From assembly GCA_037310415.1 (NCBI GenBank), contig CP147780.1, forward strand, positions 1,280,001 through 1,344,000: a stretch of 64,000 nucleotides of DNA, given 5' to 3'. This document shows, one piece after another, positions 38,468-47,710 of this stretch (the first letter of the stretch is position 1; each line of letters opens with the position of its first letter). Source of the stretch: Candidatus Atabeyarchaeum deiterrae. GTDB taxonomy: Archaea > Asgardarchaeota > Atabeyarchaeia > Atabeyarchaeales > Atabeyarchaeaceae. Under the pieces are notes generated by a model. The model was not told where the DNA came from. It did no database searches and saw only the letters and a program-made list of their open reading frames with translations. The position numbers and the translations under genes are program-made.

Positions 38468-39817
38468 TCAGTAATTCGAAACAATGAGGATATCACATGC
38501 ATCCGCTCCAGTCCACCCAGTATAGAGCAGAGCATTAGCTTCTTTCAAGAATTTCAAGGCTTCTGCTTGATCATAATAGTACGCCATTTCGGGACCTTTT
38601 TGTAGAGTTTCTGTGAATGTATTACCATCAATGATTGCTCCAGCAGTTTCAGTCATACCGTCCAGTCCTCTTGTGTCCATTGAGAGTATCTCGATTCCCT
38701 TGACTCCTGATATGTTTCGAAGAGCGTTGAATGCCGTGTATATGTTCGACTCATAATCCTGCACTTCGCTGGTAATCCCGATGTTTCCCGAGAGCACCAG
38801 GGCGCTTGGCTTCTTGAACTGCTTCCTCATGTCCCTGCCTATCATAGAAATCAAGTTGCCCACAGGGCCAGACCTTTCCCTTATTGTTGCAGACATCAAA
38901 TAGGTGTTAATCCCTCTTTTCTGCAGAGCTTCTAGAAGCTTGTCAACAAAGATTCTGTTGTTCATAAGTACATAGTTCTTCACGCGCGAGAACGCTCTGT
39001 CCTCCGACCTCAGAGGTTCTGGCGCTCCCCCGCCCACTCCTCTGTTGATGTAGTTCTTTATGCTGTTTGGTGCCTCATTCCAGACATTATACTTCTGAAG
39101 GATCTTCAGGACGTCCGCAAAAGTTGTATCATCATGGTAGGTTGGTCCTGCGCCCATTACGCTCAGATCATTGCCCAGCGCGTCAGACATCACCAAAGTG
39201 TAGATCTTTGAGACTTTTGTATGGGTGGCCAGCCATCCACCTGATATAGCAGAGAGATGTGTCAAAACGCTGGCTATCTCCGTTTCTTCCGCGCCTTGCC
39301 TTATGAGCATGTTTCTGAGCAGACCCACCTCGATCGTGGTCACTCCTTCCACTGGCATGCACATCATGGATGAAGCTCCGCTGCTGAGAAGGAGAAACAC
39401 AACATCCCTTCCACCAGCTTGTTGAACGTAGTTGATAGCTTGTTGGGCTATCTTGATTCCGTTGTCGTCAGGTGTAAGAGGGTTCGCCTTCTGAATGTAG
39501 AGCTTCTTGAGTCCTTGCACATCTTTTGGATCAAAGGGAACGGAAACAATTCCGCCAGCGAGCTTGTACTCGACGACCTCTTGAAACGCAAGAGCCATCT
39601 GAGCAGCTAATACTCCTGCTCCGACTATGAATATCCTATCGATCTCTTTGAGGCCTATTATGTCCTTTCCAATCATTATGCTGTCTCCAGCAACGACGCG
39701 AGAAATGTTCCGTCTGATTGCTTCACGTGCACTTGCATAAGTGATAGCTTCTTCAAGGGATTCTAGCGTGTAGCGTCTGATCCTTCTTCCGAACTCAGAC
39801 TCTGCTCTTGACACCAA
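38468..39817 (-). CDS. Glycerate 2-kinase (DUF4147/MOFRL)-fold protein with degenerate catalytic motifs
   Basis: Fold motifs are recognisable (GAG, P.PD, HLS...GG.LA, SD..G.D, GPT..D.TT, G.DG....AGAI.DG, TG.TG), but several catalytic residues are replaced. Confidence 0.8.
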   Translation of the reverse strand: MVSRAESEFGRRIRRYTLESLEEAITYASAREAIRRNISRVVAGDSIMIGKDIIGLKEIDRIFIVGAGVLAAQMALAFQEVVEYKLAGGIVSVPFDPKDVQGLKKLYIQKANPLTPDDNGIKIAQQAINYVQQAGGRDVVFLLLSSGASSMMCMPVEGVTTIEVGLLRNMLIRQGAEETEIASVLTHLSAISGGWLATHTKVSKIYTLVMSDALGNDLSVMGAGPTYHDDTTFADVLKILQKYNVWNEAPNSIKNYINRGVGGGAPEPLRSEDRAFSRVKNYVLMNNRIFVDKLLEALQKRGINTYLMSATIRERSGPVGNLISMIGRDMRKQFKKPSALVLSGNIGITSEVQDYESNIYTAFNALRNISGVKGIEILSMDTRGLDGMTETAGAIIDGNTFTETLQKGPEMAYYYDQAEALKFLKEANALLYTGWTGADACDILIVSNY

Positions 39818-39975
39818 TTCCTCCTTGTTGAGAATCGTAGACGTGAACCGTACACCTCCTCATTCTTCCCGTCTCCACAAGTGCCCAACCAGAACTCTGC
39901 TCAACTGAACCAGATTCTGCTTTCTTGCATCACTTACAGTTGAAGAGTAGCGTATTATTGCGACAGCTGGTTGAA

Positions 39976-41052
39976 TTACCCTAATTCCTTTTTCCAGGTT
40001 CTCACTTTCTCGAGAATTTGCTTTTTCTCTGATAGTGACAGTGCAAGCCCTTCATGGTACTGGAACATTTTTCTTGAGACAGAACCCATATCGAGATAAG
40101 CCTTGTTCCAGAGTCCCATCTTTCTAAACTCGTCTCTAACTTTTTCGATATTGTCTGATATGAATCTAGCTGGCAAATCAGCTTGTATCAACCTCTCAAG
40201 GAACTCAAGCATAGTCCGAGGATCTTCTTTGGGCATCTGAGGAAGCTGTTCGATTATGGCCGCTTTTCGCGGGAGGTACTCTTTTTCAACCACAGGCTCC
40301 TCAGCCTTAACAAAAGGTACAATGGGGCGACCAGTAGCGCTCGATTCAGCAAATTTCTGAACAAACTTGGATCCTTTCTCCTGATCCTCCTTGAGAAAAC
40401 GAATTATGCTAGCAGGACTCTCAGCTGATGCGCCTCCTGTTCCAGCCGCAACAGATGTCTGCACTGTACCCGTATGAGCCATAACAGGCGCTTGTCTTAT
40501 GGTAGGCGTTAAGGGCTCGACGAGTTCCTCTATCTCTCTCCAGGACTCCTTGAATTCCCTTCTTACTTTCTGATCGAATTTCTCATTCTCTTTTCTCGCC
40601 CAATCATGTATCTTGAGCCTGCCTTCAATTGGCTTGGTTGACAAGAATTCCAAAACACTTCGTATGAGATGCTTCTTCTGCGTCTGTGCTGTTACCATTC
40701 CGCCTTGATACTTGTCAACGGCAACGAAAAACGACACGTCGAAGGTTTCCTCGGGTTCATTCAACATATACTTCCTGTCTTCAACAAATCCTTTCAACAG
40801 CTGCTTAAGCAGTAACTCGTCTACGTCTCCTTGTTTTGGTATTCTGACCGAGAGCGTGGCTGAGCTTCCTGCTCTTCTCATCACTCCGTCTCTAAACTCG
40901 ATCTCCTTAGTCTCGACTTGCTCGCATTCCTTGTTCTCATCACAAGAGACACAAGGTATCCCTCGCCTCGGATATTTCTCGCAGGATACTGGTGTGACTC
41001 TGAAGAATTCGTCTAATACTTCTTCGGGAATTGTTATCTTCATCAAAAGCAT
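39976..41052 (-). CDS. ARPC4 (Arp2/3 complex subunit 4)-like domain + linker + C-terminal helical bundle
   Basis: 'SATLSVRIPKQGDVDELL...EPEETFDVSFFV...KKHLIRSVLEFL...RLKIHDWARKENEKF' is colinear with eukaryotic ARPC4 'SVRVSIAVKQADEIEKIL...KPVEGYDISFLI...KHKLVDFVIHFM...KLSVNARARIVAEEF' (recalled from memory). ATG at 41052 follows GGGGGA. Confidence 0.75.
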   Translation of the reverse strand: MLLMKITIPEEVLDEFFRVTPVSCEKYPRRGIPCVSCDENKECEQVETKEIEFRDGVMRRAGSSATLSVRIPKQGDVDELLLKQLLKGFVEDRKYMLNEPEETFDVSFFVAVDKYQGGMVTAQTQKKHLIRSVLEFLSTKPIEGRLKIHDWARKENEKFDQKVRREFKESWREIEELVEPLTPTIRQAPVMAHTGTVQTSVAAGTGGASAESPASIIRFLKEDQEKGSKFVQKFAESSATGRPIVPFVKAEEPVVEKEYLPRKAAIIEQLPQMPKEDPRTMLEFLERLIQADLPARFISDNIEKVRDEFRKMGLWNKAYLDMGSVSRKMFQYHEGLALSLSEKKQILEKVRTWKKELG

Positions 41053-41306
41053 TGTTCCCCCAATCTTTTGACCATGAGGACTCACATTGATACCCACACG
41101 TGTGGCGCGTATGTCATTTCAACAAGATCGTACAACTATATTTTTAAGTATAGCCTGTAATTTAACTATTTGCCTTACCCAGACTCAAGATGGGGAAGCA
41201 GACGGAGATTCGCAATGACGGTGAAGTGACGGCACATCAGGCTTCTTCCTTCAATGAGCAGTACAGCTTCTCGGAGTCACTAGGAATCTTAGTGAGGGCA
41301 TCCAAT

Positions 41307-41591
41307 TTGCCTAAAGTGAAGTTACGCCTATTGGGTCCGTTCTGGTTTTCGACGGGAGTAAAGGAAATGGATACTGAAGGTAATACTGTCGACGAGGTAA
41401 TATCCAAGTTCGTTCAGAAATTCAAAGACAAGATTCCAAAACCTTACCTCGTGGACAGCAGTCTGCATCTTCATTCTCTAACATTGATTCTCCTCAACGG
41501 TTCAGACATCGAATTTGTCGAAGGAAAAAGAAGTGCGAAGTTGAAAGATGGAGATGTCATAGCAATAGCGCCGCCAGTGTCAGGCGGATAG
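41307..41591 (+). CDS. MoaD/ThiS/SAMP ubiquitin-like sulfur carrier
   Basis: Beta-grasp pattern 'ILLNG.DI.......LKDGD.IAI.PPVSGG' with C-terminal GG. TTG at 41307 follows GTGAGGG (ORF track starts at 41190). Confidence 0.88.
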   Translation: MPKVKLRLLGPFWFSTGVKEMDTEGNTVDEVISKFVQKFKDKIPKPYLVDSSLHLHSLTLILLNGSDIEFVEGKRSAKLKDGDVIAIAPPVSGG

Positions 41592-41670
41592 CAGATCCAA
41601 ATTCTTCTATTACCCACGCGTGTGACAAAGAAAAAGGGAAAGAGTAGACTTCGATTGGGTCCGACTTTTG

Positions 41671-42987
41671 TTAAGTCTTCGCAGAAAGCAATTTGGCTAG
41701 TTTGCTCGCCGATGCGGCAGCGACATTCATCCCAGGCGCAGGGTCTCCTGTACCATCACCCACGAAGTACAATCCTTCTATCTCCTTGCACTTCACATCC
41801 AGCCTGTACTTCTGGTTCCCGACAAACTCTCCAGCGCTATAGGCTGGATTGTCCTTGGTATTGGTGGTGACTTTGCTCCAGTGAACCTTGATGTCTGGGA
41901 ACTTCTTATGGAAGTCACCTAGAATTGCCTCCTCAGTCTTCTTGAATTCAGACTCGCTCTCTACCGTGTGTGCTATCTTGACAATGTGCTTTCCAGCAGG
42001 GGCTAAGCCAGGGTTTATGTTTGTTGGTTCAAGCATCTCATAGAGTTCCGTTCCAGGAACGAAATATAGGGTCTGCGAACCACTCCGGACAGGTTTGTCT
42101 GTGCACAATGATACTAAGACATCTAGGACTGGTTTGAGGTTCTTCGCTTTCTCGACAAGATCCTTTGGAGCGCTGGTTCCCAATACTTTCACGATGTTCT
42201 TGGGAGGCAAATTCAGCACGACTATCTCAGAGTCCACTTTGGTGCCATCTGCAAGCTGGACTCCCTTGGCCTTGCCTTTTTCAACTATGACCGCCTTGAC
42301 TTCACTTTTGAGCTTGATTTCACCTTTGTTTTCCTTGATGACCTTCTCAAGTCCGCTTGAAATGCTGGAGACACCTTGCTTTGGATATGCCTGAAACTTG
42401 GATGTTTCAAGATTTGACCTATAGAGAGCGATTAGCGCCCATGTCGAACATATCTTGCTGCTGTAAACATGGAGGTTGCACCTTGCGAGTGCCTCCATGA
42501 CCGTTTGGTACTTCTCGTCTGGCAGTCTCTCGTTGATAAAATCATGTAACGATGTTTCATCCAGCTTTTTCAGTTCATCAATAGGTTTACTCACAGCCTG
42601 CAAGGCGATGTCAGCCATATCCATCCTTGCGTCCACCGGTATCGCCTGCCACTTGTTGAGTTCAATGGGGTTTCGCGGGAATGTGTAATCCTTATCGGTG
42701 ATCATTATTTGTGGTTCGTCATCTTTCCCCATTGGGACGTATTTGTCGGCTCCTGTAGCTTTTAGAAGCTTGCCTAGGTCTCCTGCCGAGCCGAAAGCAG
42801 CGACATCTATACCGCTGTCTAAAGTGCATCCTTCATGCTGATATGAAAAAGCTCTGCCCCCAATTCTATTCTCCTTTTCAAGTAACTTAACCTTGTACCC
42901 TTGTTTTGTCAGCAAAGCTCCAGCACCCAGACCGCCGATTCCGGCTCCGACGATGACAATATTCTTGCTAATAGACATCTTGAGCAA
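41671..42987 (-). CDS. FAD-dependent oxidoreductase, phytoene-desaturase/amine-oxidase superfamily
   Basis: Motifs IVGAGIGGL, LEK..RIGGR, D.G, YP..G...I...L, GLYFVGD, G...A..SA. Confidence 0.85.
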   Translation of the reverse strand: MLKMSISKNIVIVGAGIGGLGAGALLTKQGYKVKLLEKENRIGGRAFSYQHEGCTLDSGIDVAAFGSAGDLGKLLKATGADKYVPMGKDDEPQIMITDKDYTFPRNPIELNKWQAIPVDARMDMADIALQAVSKPIDELKKLDETSLHDFINERLPDEKYQTVMEALARCNLHVYSSKICSTWALIALYRSNLETSKFQAYPKQGVSSISSGLEKVIKENKGEIKLKSEVKAVIVEKGKAKGVQLADGTKVDSEIVVLNLPPKNIVKVLGTSAPKDLVEKAKNLKPVLDVLVSLCTDKPVRSGSQTLYFVPGTELYEMLEPTNINPGLAPAGKHIVKIAHTVESESEFKKTEEAILGDFHKKFPDIKVHWSKVTTNTKDNPAYSAGEFVGNQKYRLDVKCKEIEGLYFVGDGTGDPAPGMNVAAASASKLAKLLSAKT

Positions 42988-43210
42988 CTCCTATTTTGGA
43001 GTGAATTCCCGAAGGGGTTCCTCCGATCCTCTCCTTCCAGATGTTATAGAGGAGAATATCTTACTTCTGGCTATATATTAATAGCTATGTCTAAGGGCTT
43101 TTGCTCAAGCCTAACTCAGATCCCTATCTTTCATTCTAGAGAAATAATACATCATACTCGTTTGGGAAGAAAGATAGGGTGGAATTGCAGGCTCTGAAAT
43201 GCACGATGCA

Positions 43211-45076
43211 CTAAGTCCAGAGATCTTTTGCTATGCTATCCAGCCCCAGCTCGATAAGCTTCTGTTTGGTCGGTTTTCCTTCGGGCGTCCATCCTCGGAT
43301 GCGGTAGTAATCGTCGAGTTGTATTTTCAGATTTGGTACCTTGCCTTGGGTTCCCCCTTCAGCTAGCGGTTGGGTAAGCAGCTTAGGGTAATCACTGTCG
43401 TCGCGTTTCACTCCACACCTGACACTAAATGCTCTCTTTACGTTAACAGCTCTTTCACCTATTTTCACCAGTTCAGGCATCTTTAGATCAACTCCCGTTG
43501 CAGCGACTGTAGCAGCCGCTATCAGCGAAGGCAGAAATCCGACTCCGGCATAGGCGCACATCACTGTCGCGCTTGCTGCATGCATCAAGTTCTGCATCTT
43601 GACATTCAGGTCGCCTTTTCCTTCATCCTTATGTCGATCCAGTCTTTTCATTACGCCAACATCTGGGAAGATTATGCCTATCTCCGGTGCGAGCGGAAAT
43701 GCGTCAAAATGGTATGCACCACGCGTGGACGTAGCGTAGGCCGCAGCCAAGCTGAAGAATGCTCTAGGATCGTGCATAGGCACAGACATCCCCTTAGTGT
43801 GCACGGCATATTGTTCTGAGCCTTTGCCGATCTTCTTTGCCGCTTCTCTAACGTCGTCTGCAAGGACGTTTCCAAACCCTTTTCTGAAAGCCATATCCTC
43901 AATCAACTGCAGAATTACCTTGGGGTCGCCCCACTTAATCTCCAATCCTCCGGTGTCTTTGTTGTTAATAATGCCCTTCTCGTATAGAGTCATGGCAAAG
44001 CCAATGGATGCTCCAGCTGATATTATGTCTATTCCGTATCTGTTGCAGAGTTCGTGGGCTTTGAAGACAGATTCGATGTTATCATTCATTAGCAGGGTTC
44101 CGAAGCTGGCCATGCCCTCGTACTCAGGGTTACCGCCCTTGATAGGAGCGTACGGTCCTTCATTCACTTCGATGTATCGTGCACAACCGATTGGGCATCC
44201 ATAACATGGCTGTGGATGTTTCAGGTACTTATTGGTGATGACACTAGCTGCGAGTTTTTCAGCACCCTCTGGCCAATAGCCCTTCTGCCAGTATTTGATC
44301 GGCACATCGCCGACTTCATGGTATGTGTCCAGCCATCCACAGTTGCCATGCGGCTTGAAGAGTGATACCGTCAGGAGGTGGTTGTCGATCAGTTCTCGGG
44401 CTTTGTCGGTAACTTCTTTGAATTTCTCTGGGTTGGCAATTGGTACTTTCCTGGTTCCCCTCACTGCTATTGCTTTGAGTTTCTTTGATCCCATGACTGC
44501 GCCCATTCCGCATCTTCCGGCGGCCCTGTGTTTGTCGTTGATTATGCACGCAATCTTCACGAGTTTCTCTCCGGCTGGTCCTATTGAGGCTACCTTAATC
44601 TTGGGGTCATTAAGTTCCTTCTTGATCGCGTCCTCAGTCTCAAACGTGTCCTTTCCCCAGAGTTTGCTTGCGTCCTTGAGTTCGGCTTTCTCGTCGTGAA
44701 CGAAAAGGTATGTGGGTTTCTCGGAGACTCCTTGAATGGCTATTCCGTCAAATCCTGTCCATTTTAGTTCTGCTCCCCAGAACCCTCCCGAAGATGACTC
44801 ACCAAAGATTCCAGTTAGTGGAGACTTCGATACTACGGTGTGTCTACCGCAGCATGGAGCTGCGGTCCCAGTCAGCGCTCCCGTCATGATATAGATCCTG
44901 TTCTTGGGACCGAGTGGATCTACGGCAGCAGGCACCTCATCGTACAGCATCTTGGCTGAAAATGCGCTTCCGCCACCAAACTTTGTGAGCAGGTCCTGAG
45001 ATAGATCTTCGACTTTGATCGTTTTGCTGGTCAAGTCTACGCGGAGCAGCTTTTGCCAAAAACCACCTTTTTCCAT
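43211..45076 (-). CDS. aor: Tungsten aldehyde:ferredoxin oxidoreductase family
   Basis: Motifs LRVDLT, SKSPLTG...SSSGG, IGPAGE, AAGRCGMGAVMGSKKLKA, C.GCPIGC, PEYE, C..YG.D..S.G, HDPR, STRGA.H, YY..RGW...G.P....L..LGL. ATG at 45076 follows GAGGTGA. Confidence 0.95.
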   Translation of the reverse strand: MEKGGFWQKLLRVDLTSKTIKVEDLSQDLLTKFGGGSAFSAKMLYDEVPAAVDPLGPKNRIYIMTGALTGTAAPCCGRHTVVSKSPLTGIFGESSSGGFWGAELKWTGFDGIAIQGVSEKPTYLFVHDEKAELKDASKLWGKDTFETEDAIKKELNDPKIKVASIGPAGEKLVKIACIINDKHRAAGRCGMGAVMGSKKLKAIAVRGTRKVPIANPEKFKEVTDKARELIDNHLLTVSLFKPHGNCGWLDTYHEVGDVPIKYWQKGYWPEGAEKLAASVITNKYLKHPQPCYGCPIGCARYIEVNEGPYAPIKGGNPEYEGMASFGTLLMNDNIESVFKAHELCNRYGIDIISAGASIGFAMTLYEKGIINNKDTGGLEIKWGDPKVILQLIEDMAFRKGFGNVLADDVREAAKKIGKGSEQYAVHTKGMSVPMHDPRAFFSLAAAYATSTRGAYHFDAFPLAPEIGIIFPDVGVMKRLDRHKDEGKGDLNVKMQNLMHAASATVMCAYAGVGFLPSLIAAATVAATGVDLKMPELVKIGERAVNVKRAFSVRCGVKRDDSDYPKLLTQPLAEGGTQGKVPNLKIQLDDYYRIRGWTPEGKPTKQKLIELGLDSIAKDLWT

Positions 45077-45103
45077 TCGACATTTCACCTCATTCTTACT
45101 CTT

Positions 45104-46405
45104 CTAGAACTCTAAATATGATTCTCTTCTCTTGAAGCCTCCCTTAGGAACGGCTTCGTATTTTGCGTATACTTCTCTTAGTCTTTTTCCTGTTGGAGTA
45201 GGAGCTATTCCAAACCTCCAAGAGTCCTTGCAAGGCTGGACTTCAACAACCTGGTACTCTTGAGTCCCCATCTTTAGCTTTGCAGCTGCGTTAATCTGGT
45301 TTCTCTCATCCTCGCCCAAAGGCGCGCTGCAAATCGTAAACTTTGGTGTTCCTGGATCCATTGCACCTTTCTCTTCGGCTTGTGAGCCTGGCATCCCATG
45401 GCTATTCATACTCATGTCTATGCAAGCGGTATCGATTGCAACGATATCCTTCGAAGCGAATACTCCCAGACTTGGCACTATTGCTCGGTCGGAGAAACTA
45501 ACGCAATCACACCATGGGGCTATGTCAATAGCATAATTGATGAATCCCACTCTCCCCTTCATTATTTTCATGCAGGCGGCAGCGGAGTCGGCGATTCCCA
45601 CCTGCGTTCCTTTGAAGTACTCATAGGGTGGGTACCAGACAAGGCAGTTTTGCGCCACATATATGCAAGAAAAGCAACTAACACATTTCTCCTTATCCCA
45701 CTTTACCTCGGTGTCAGTGAATTCTATTGCTCCGACTGGACAGCAACCACTACATATTTCGAATTTGTCGCACTTCTTCAGTTTACACTTGCCTGGGTTG
45801 AAGGTTGAAGCGTTTACGCCATACTTTGGATGATGAGCCATGTGAAGATTCAACTTACCCCTTTTGCTGGCGCATCCTACTCCAACATTCTTTATTGAGC
45901 CCCCCACAGTTCCCTGCGGATGCCCTTTGAAATGGGTGACGACAATCAGAGCATCAGCTTCGGCTATCTTCTTACCGATGTATTGCTCCTGCAACAAAAG
46001 GCCCTCAGGCAGATCGACATGGACGTCATCAAGTCCATACTCTCCATCAGCAATGACAAGAGGGCAATCCATGGTCTCGGCTGTGAATCCATTCCTTGCA
46101 GCTGTCTTGCGGTATTCGGCTGCAGTTGTCCGAGAAGCGAAGGGACTATAATTCAGGCACGTGCAGTCGGTAACAAAGGGTTTGCCTCCATGCTCTTTGA
46201 CCTTCTCAACGATGCCTCTGACGAGAACCGGACGCAGATAACCTGTATTGTTGTACTCTCCCATGTGACACTTTACAGCTACATTGTCTCCTTTCTTGAA
46301 GCATTCAGCCAATCCTGCTTCATCGAACAACGTCTGAGCTTTTGCAACAAGGCTCGTGGGGATAGTCGTACTCCTGTCATTCATATAGAATACTTTCGAT
46401 GGCAT
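45104..46405 (-). CDS. DUF362 protein with inserted ferredoxin-like Fe-S domain
   Basis: Motifs VAVK.HMGE, HFKGH...GG.IKN.G.GCAS..GK, C...CP..AI...C..C..C...C, CDC, AS.D.VA.D.AC. Directly upstream of aor. Confidence 0.88.
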   Translation of the reverse strand: MPSKVFYMNDRSTTIPTSLVAKAQTLFDEAGLAECFKKGDNVAVKCHMGEYNNTGYLRPVLVRGIVEKVKEHGGKPFVTDCTCLNYSPFASRTTAAEYRKTAARNGFTAETMDCPLVIADGEYGLDDVHVDLPEGLLLQEQYIGKKIAEADALIVVTHFKGHPQGTVGGSIKNVGVGCASKRGKLNLHMAHHPKYGVNASTFNPGKCKLKKCDKFEICSGCCPVGAIEFTDTEVKWDKEKCVSCFSCIYVAQNCLVWYPPYEYFKGTQVGIADSAAACMKIMKGRVGFINYAIDIAPWCDCVSFSDRAIVPSLGVFASKDIVAIDTACIDMSMNSHGMPGSQAEEKGAMDPGTPKFTICSAPLGEDERNQINAAAKLKMGTQEYQVVEVQPCKDSWRFGIAPTPTGKRLREVYAKYEAVPKGGFKRRESYLEF

Positions 46406-46730
46406 ATCATCTCAACTCCTTCACTACAATTAACAAGTAAAACCTAGATGTACAGAACTCTTCCGTCGGCAAGTTCTCCTTCCCATAGGGAACTAATCTG
46501 TTCGGTCACCCTTAAAATACCTTTTCTATTGGGAGAGGCACTTATCAAAACGGGCAATCTGGTGATACGTGAGAATAGAATCAGTTTCCCCAATGTGATT
46601 CGTCCAAGGAGGTTCCGTTGAATTACTGTCTTGTTTTGGTGAAAGAGACTCTTATTAAACATGCGAAACTCATCGCTCTGTAAAAAAGAATTAAAAGCGT
46701 TTTCAACATAGCTAACCTGTAACCAAGGAA

Positions 46731-47537
46731 GTGTCGGTCAGTTTGAGCAAGAAGAAAGAAGCAGAAGACAGCCTAATTACCAAAGCGGCGAAGATAGTCG
46801 TCGACTCGAAGAAGCTTGTCGTATTCACCGGCGCGGGCGCATCTACTGAGAGCGGCATACAAGATTTCAGAAGCCCAGGAGGTCTCTGGACAAAATATGA
46901 TCCGATGAAGGTAGCTAGCATAGACGCCTTTAGAAGTGACCCCAAATCTTGGTGGAATTGGATCATAGAACTGGGCCCAAAAGTCTTGGACGCACAGCCA
47001 AACAGAGCGCACATAGCGATAGCTGAGCTTGAGAAGATGGGTAAAGTTGATTCAGTTATCACTCAGAACATCGATGGCCTGCATCAGAAGGCAGGGAACA
47101 GCTACGTCCTTGAACTGCACGGATCAACAGCAACAGCATCATGCACAAGATGCAGATCAAGTTATCCGCGTGATCAAGTCATCGAACTCATAAAGAACGG
47201 TGAGAACCCACCTCTGTGTGATGTTGATGGTGGCATTCTAAAACTAGATGTAGTACTGTTTGGAGAACCTCTTCCACCGATCATCTTTCAAGAAGCAACA
47301 CAGAAAGCGATGGCGTGCGATGCGATGCTTGTCGCGGGATCCTCTTTAGTAGTCTACCCTGCTGCCTTGATCCCGAAACTGGCCAAAGAACAAGGAGCGA
47401 AACTCATAATTGTGAATGATGAGGAGACAGAGATGGACAATGAATGCGACGTCGTGATCAGAGGCAAGGTAGGAGATATTCTCCCGAAGATAGTCGATGT
47501 ATGCAAAAAACAGCTATTCACGAGAACAAGGAAATGA
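46731..47537 (+). CDS. cobB: Sir2-family NAD-dependent protein deacylase
   Basis: Motifs TGAG.STESGI.DFR...GLW, PN.AH, ITQNIDGLHQ.AG, ELHGS, C..C, VVLFGE, GSSL.VYPAA. Confidence 0.95.
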   Translation: MSVSLSKKKEAEDSLITKAAKIVVDSKKLVVFTGAGASTESGIQDFRSPGGLWTKYDPMKVASIDAFRSDPKSWWNWIIELGPKVLDAQPNRAHIAIAELEKMGKVDSVITQNIDGLHQKAGNSYVLELHGSTATASCTRCRSSYPRDQVIELIKNGENPPLCDVDGGILKLDVVLFGEPLPPIIFQEATQKAMACDAMLVAGSSLVVYPAALIPKLAKEQGAKLIIVNDEETEMDNECDVVIRGKVGDILPKIVDVCKKQLFTRTRK

Positions 47538-47624
47538 ACGAAGAAAGAAGATGGAATGCTCTTAATTAGTAGAGCCAGTCTCCTTTTCTGCCGAATCATT
47601 TCTGAAGGATCACTGAAGAAAATA

Positions 47625-47649
47625 TTTATAAAAACTGGAAGTAGTTTTT
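47625..47649 (+). promoter_or_regulatory. TATA box (TTTATA) overlapped by inverted repeat AAAAACT-N6-AGTTTTT upstream of dnaJ
   Basis: TTTATA at 47625-47630; perfect 7-bp arms at 47630-47636 and 47643-47649. Confidence 0.45.
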
Positions 47650-47710
47650 CACTCTGAGATCACAAAAAAAGGGACATGCTTTGACTGCGTGTCAGGGGAG
47701 ATGGCGAGCA

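Noticed and set aside
41307-41591. Eukaryote-like ubiquitin
   Set aside because: The PPVSGG end and overall pattern are MoaD/SAMP-type; it lies near aor, and no E2/E3 genes are nearby.
41671-42987. Rab-GDI/REP homolog (same fold superfamily)
   Set aside because: It keeps complete FAD-enzyme motifs and sits downstream of aor. I see no GDI-specific features, though only a profile search could exclude it fully.
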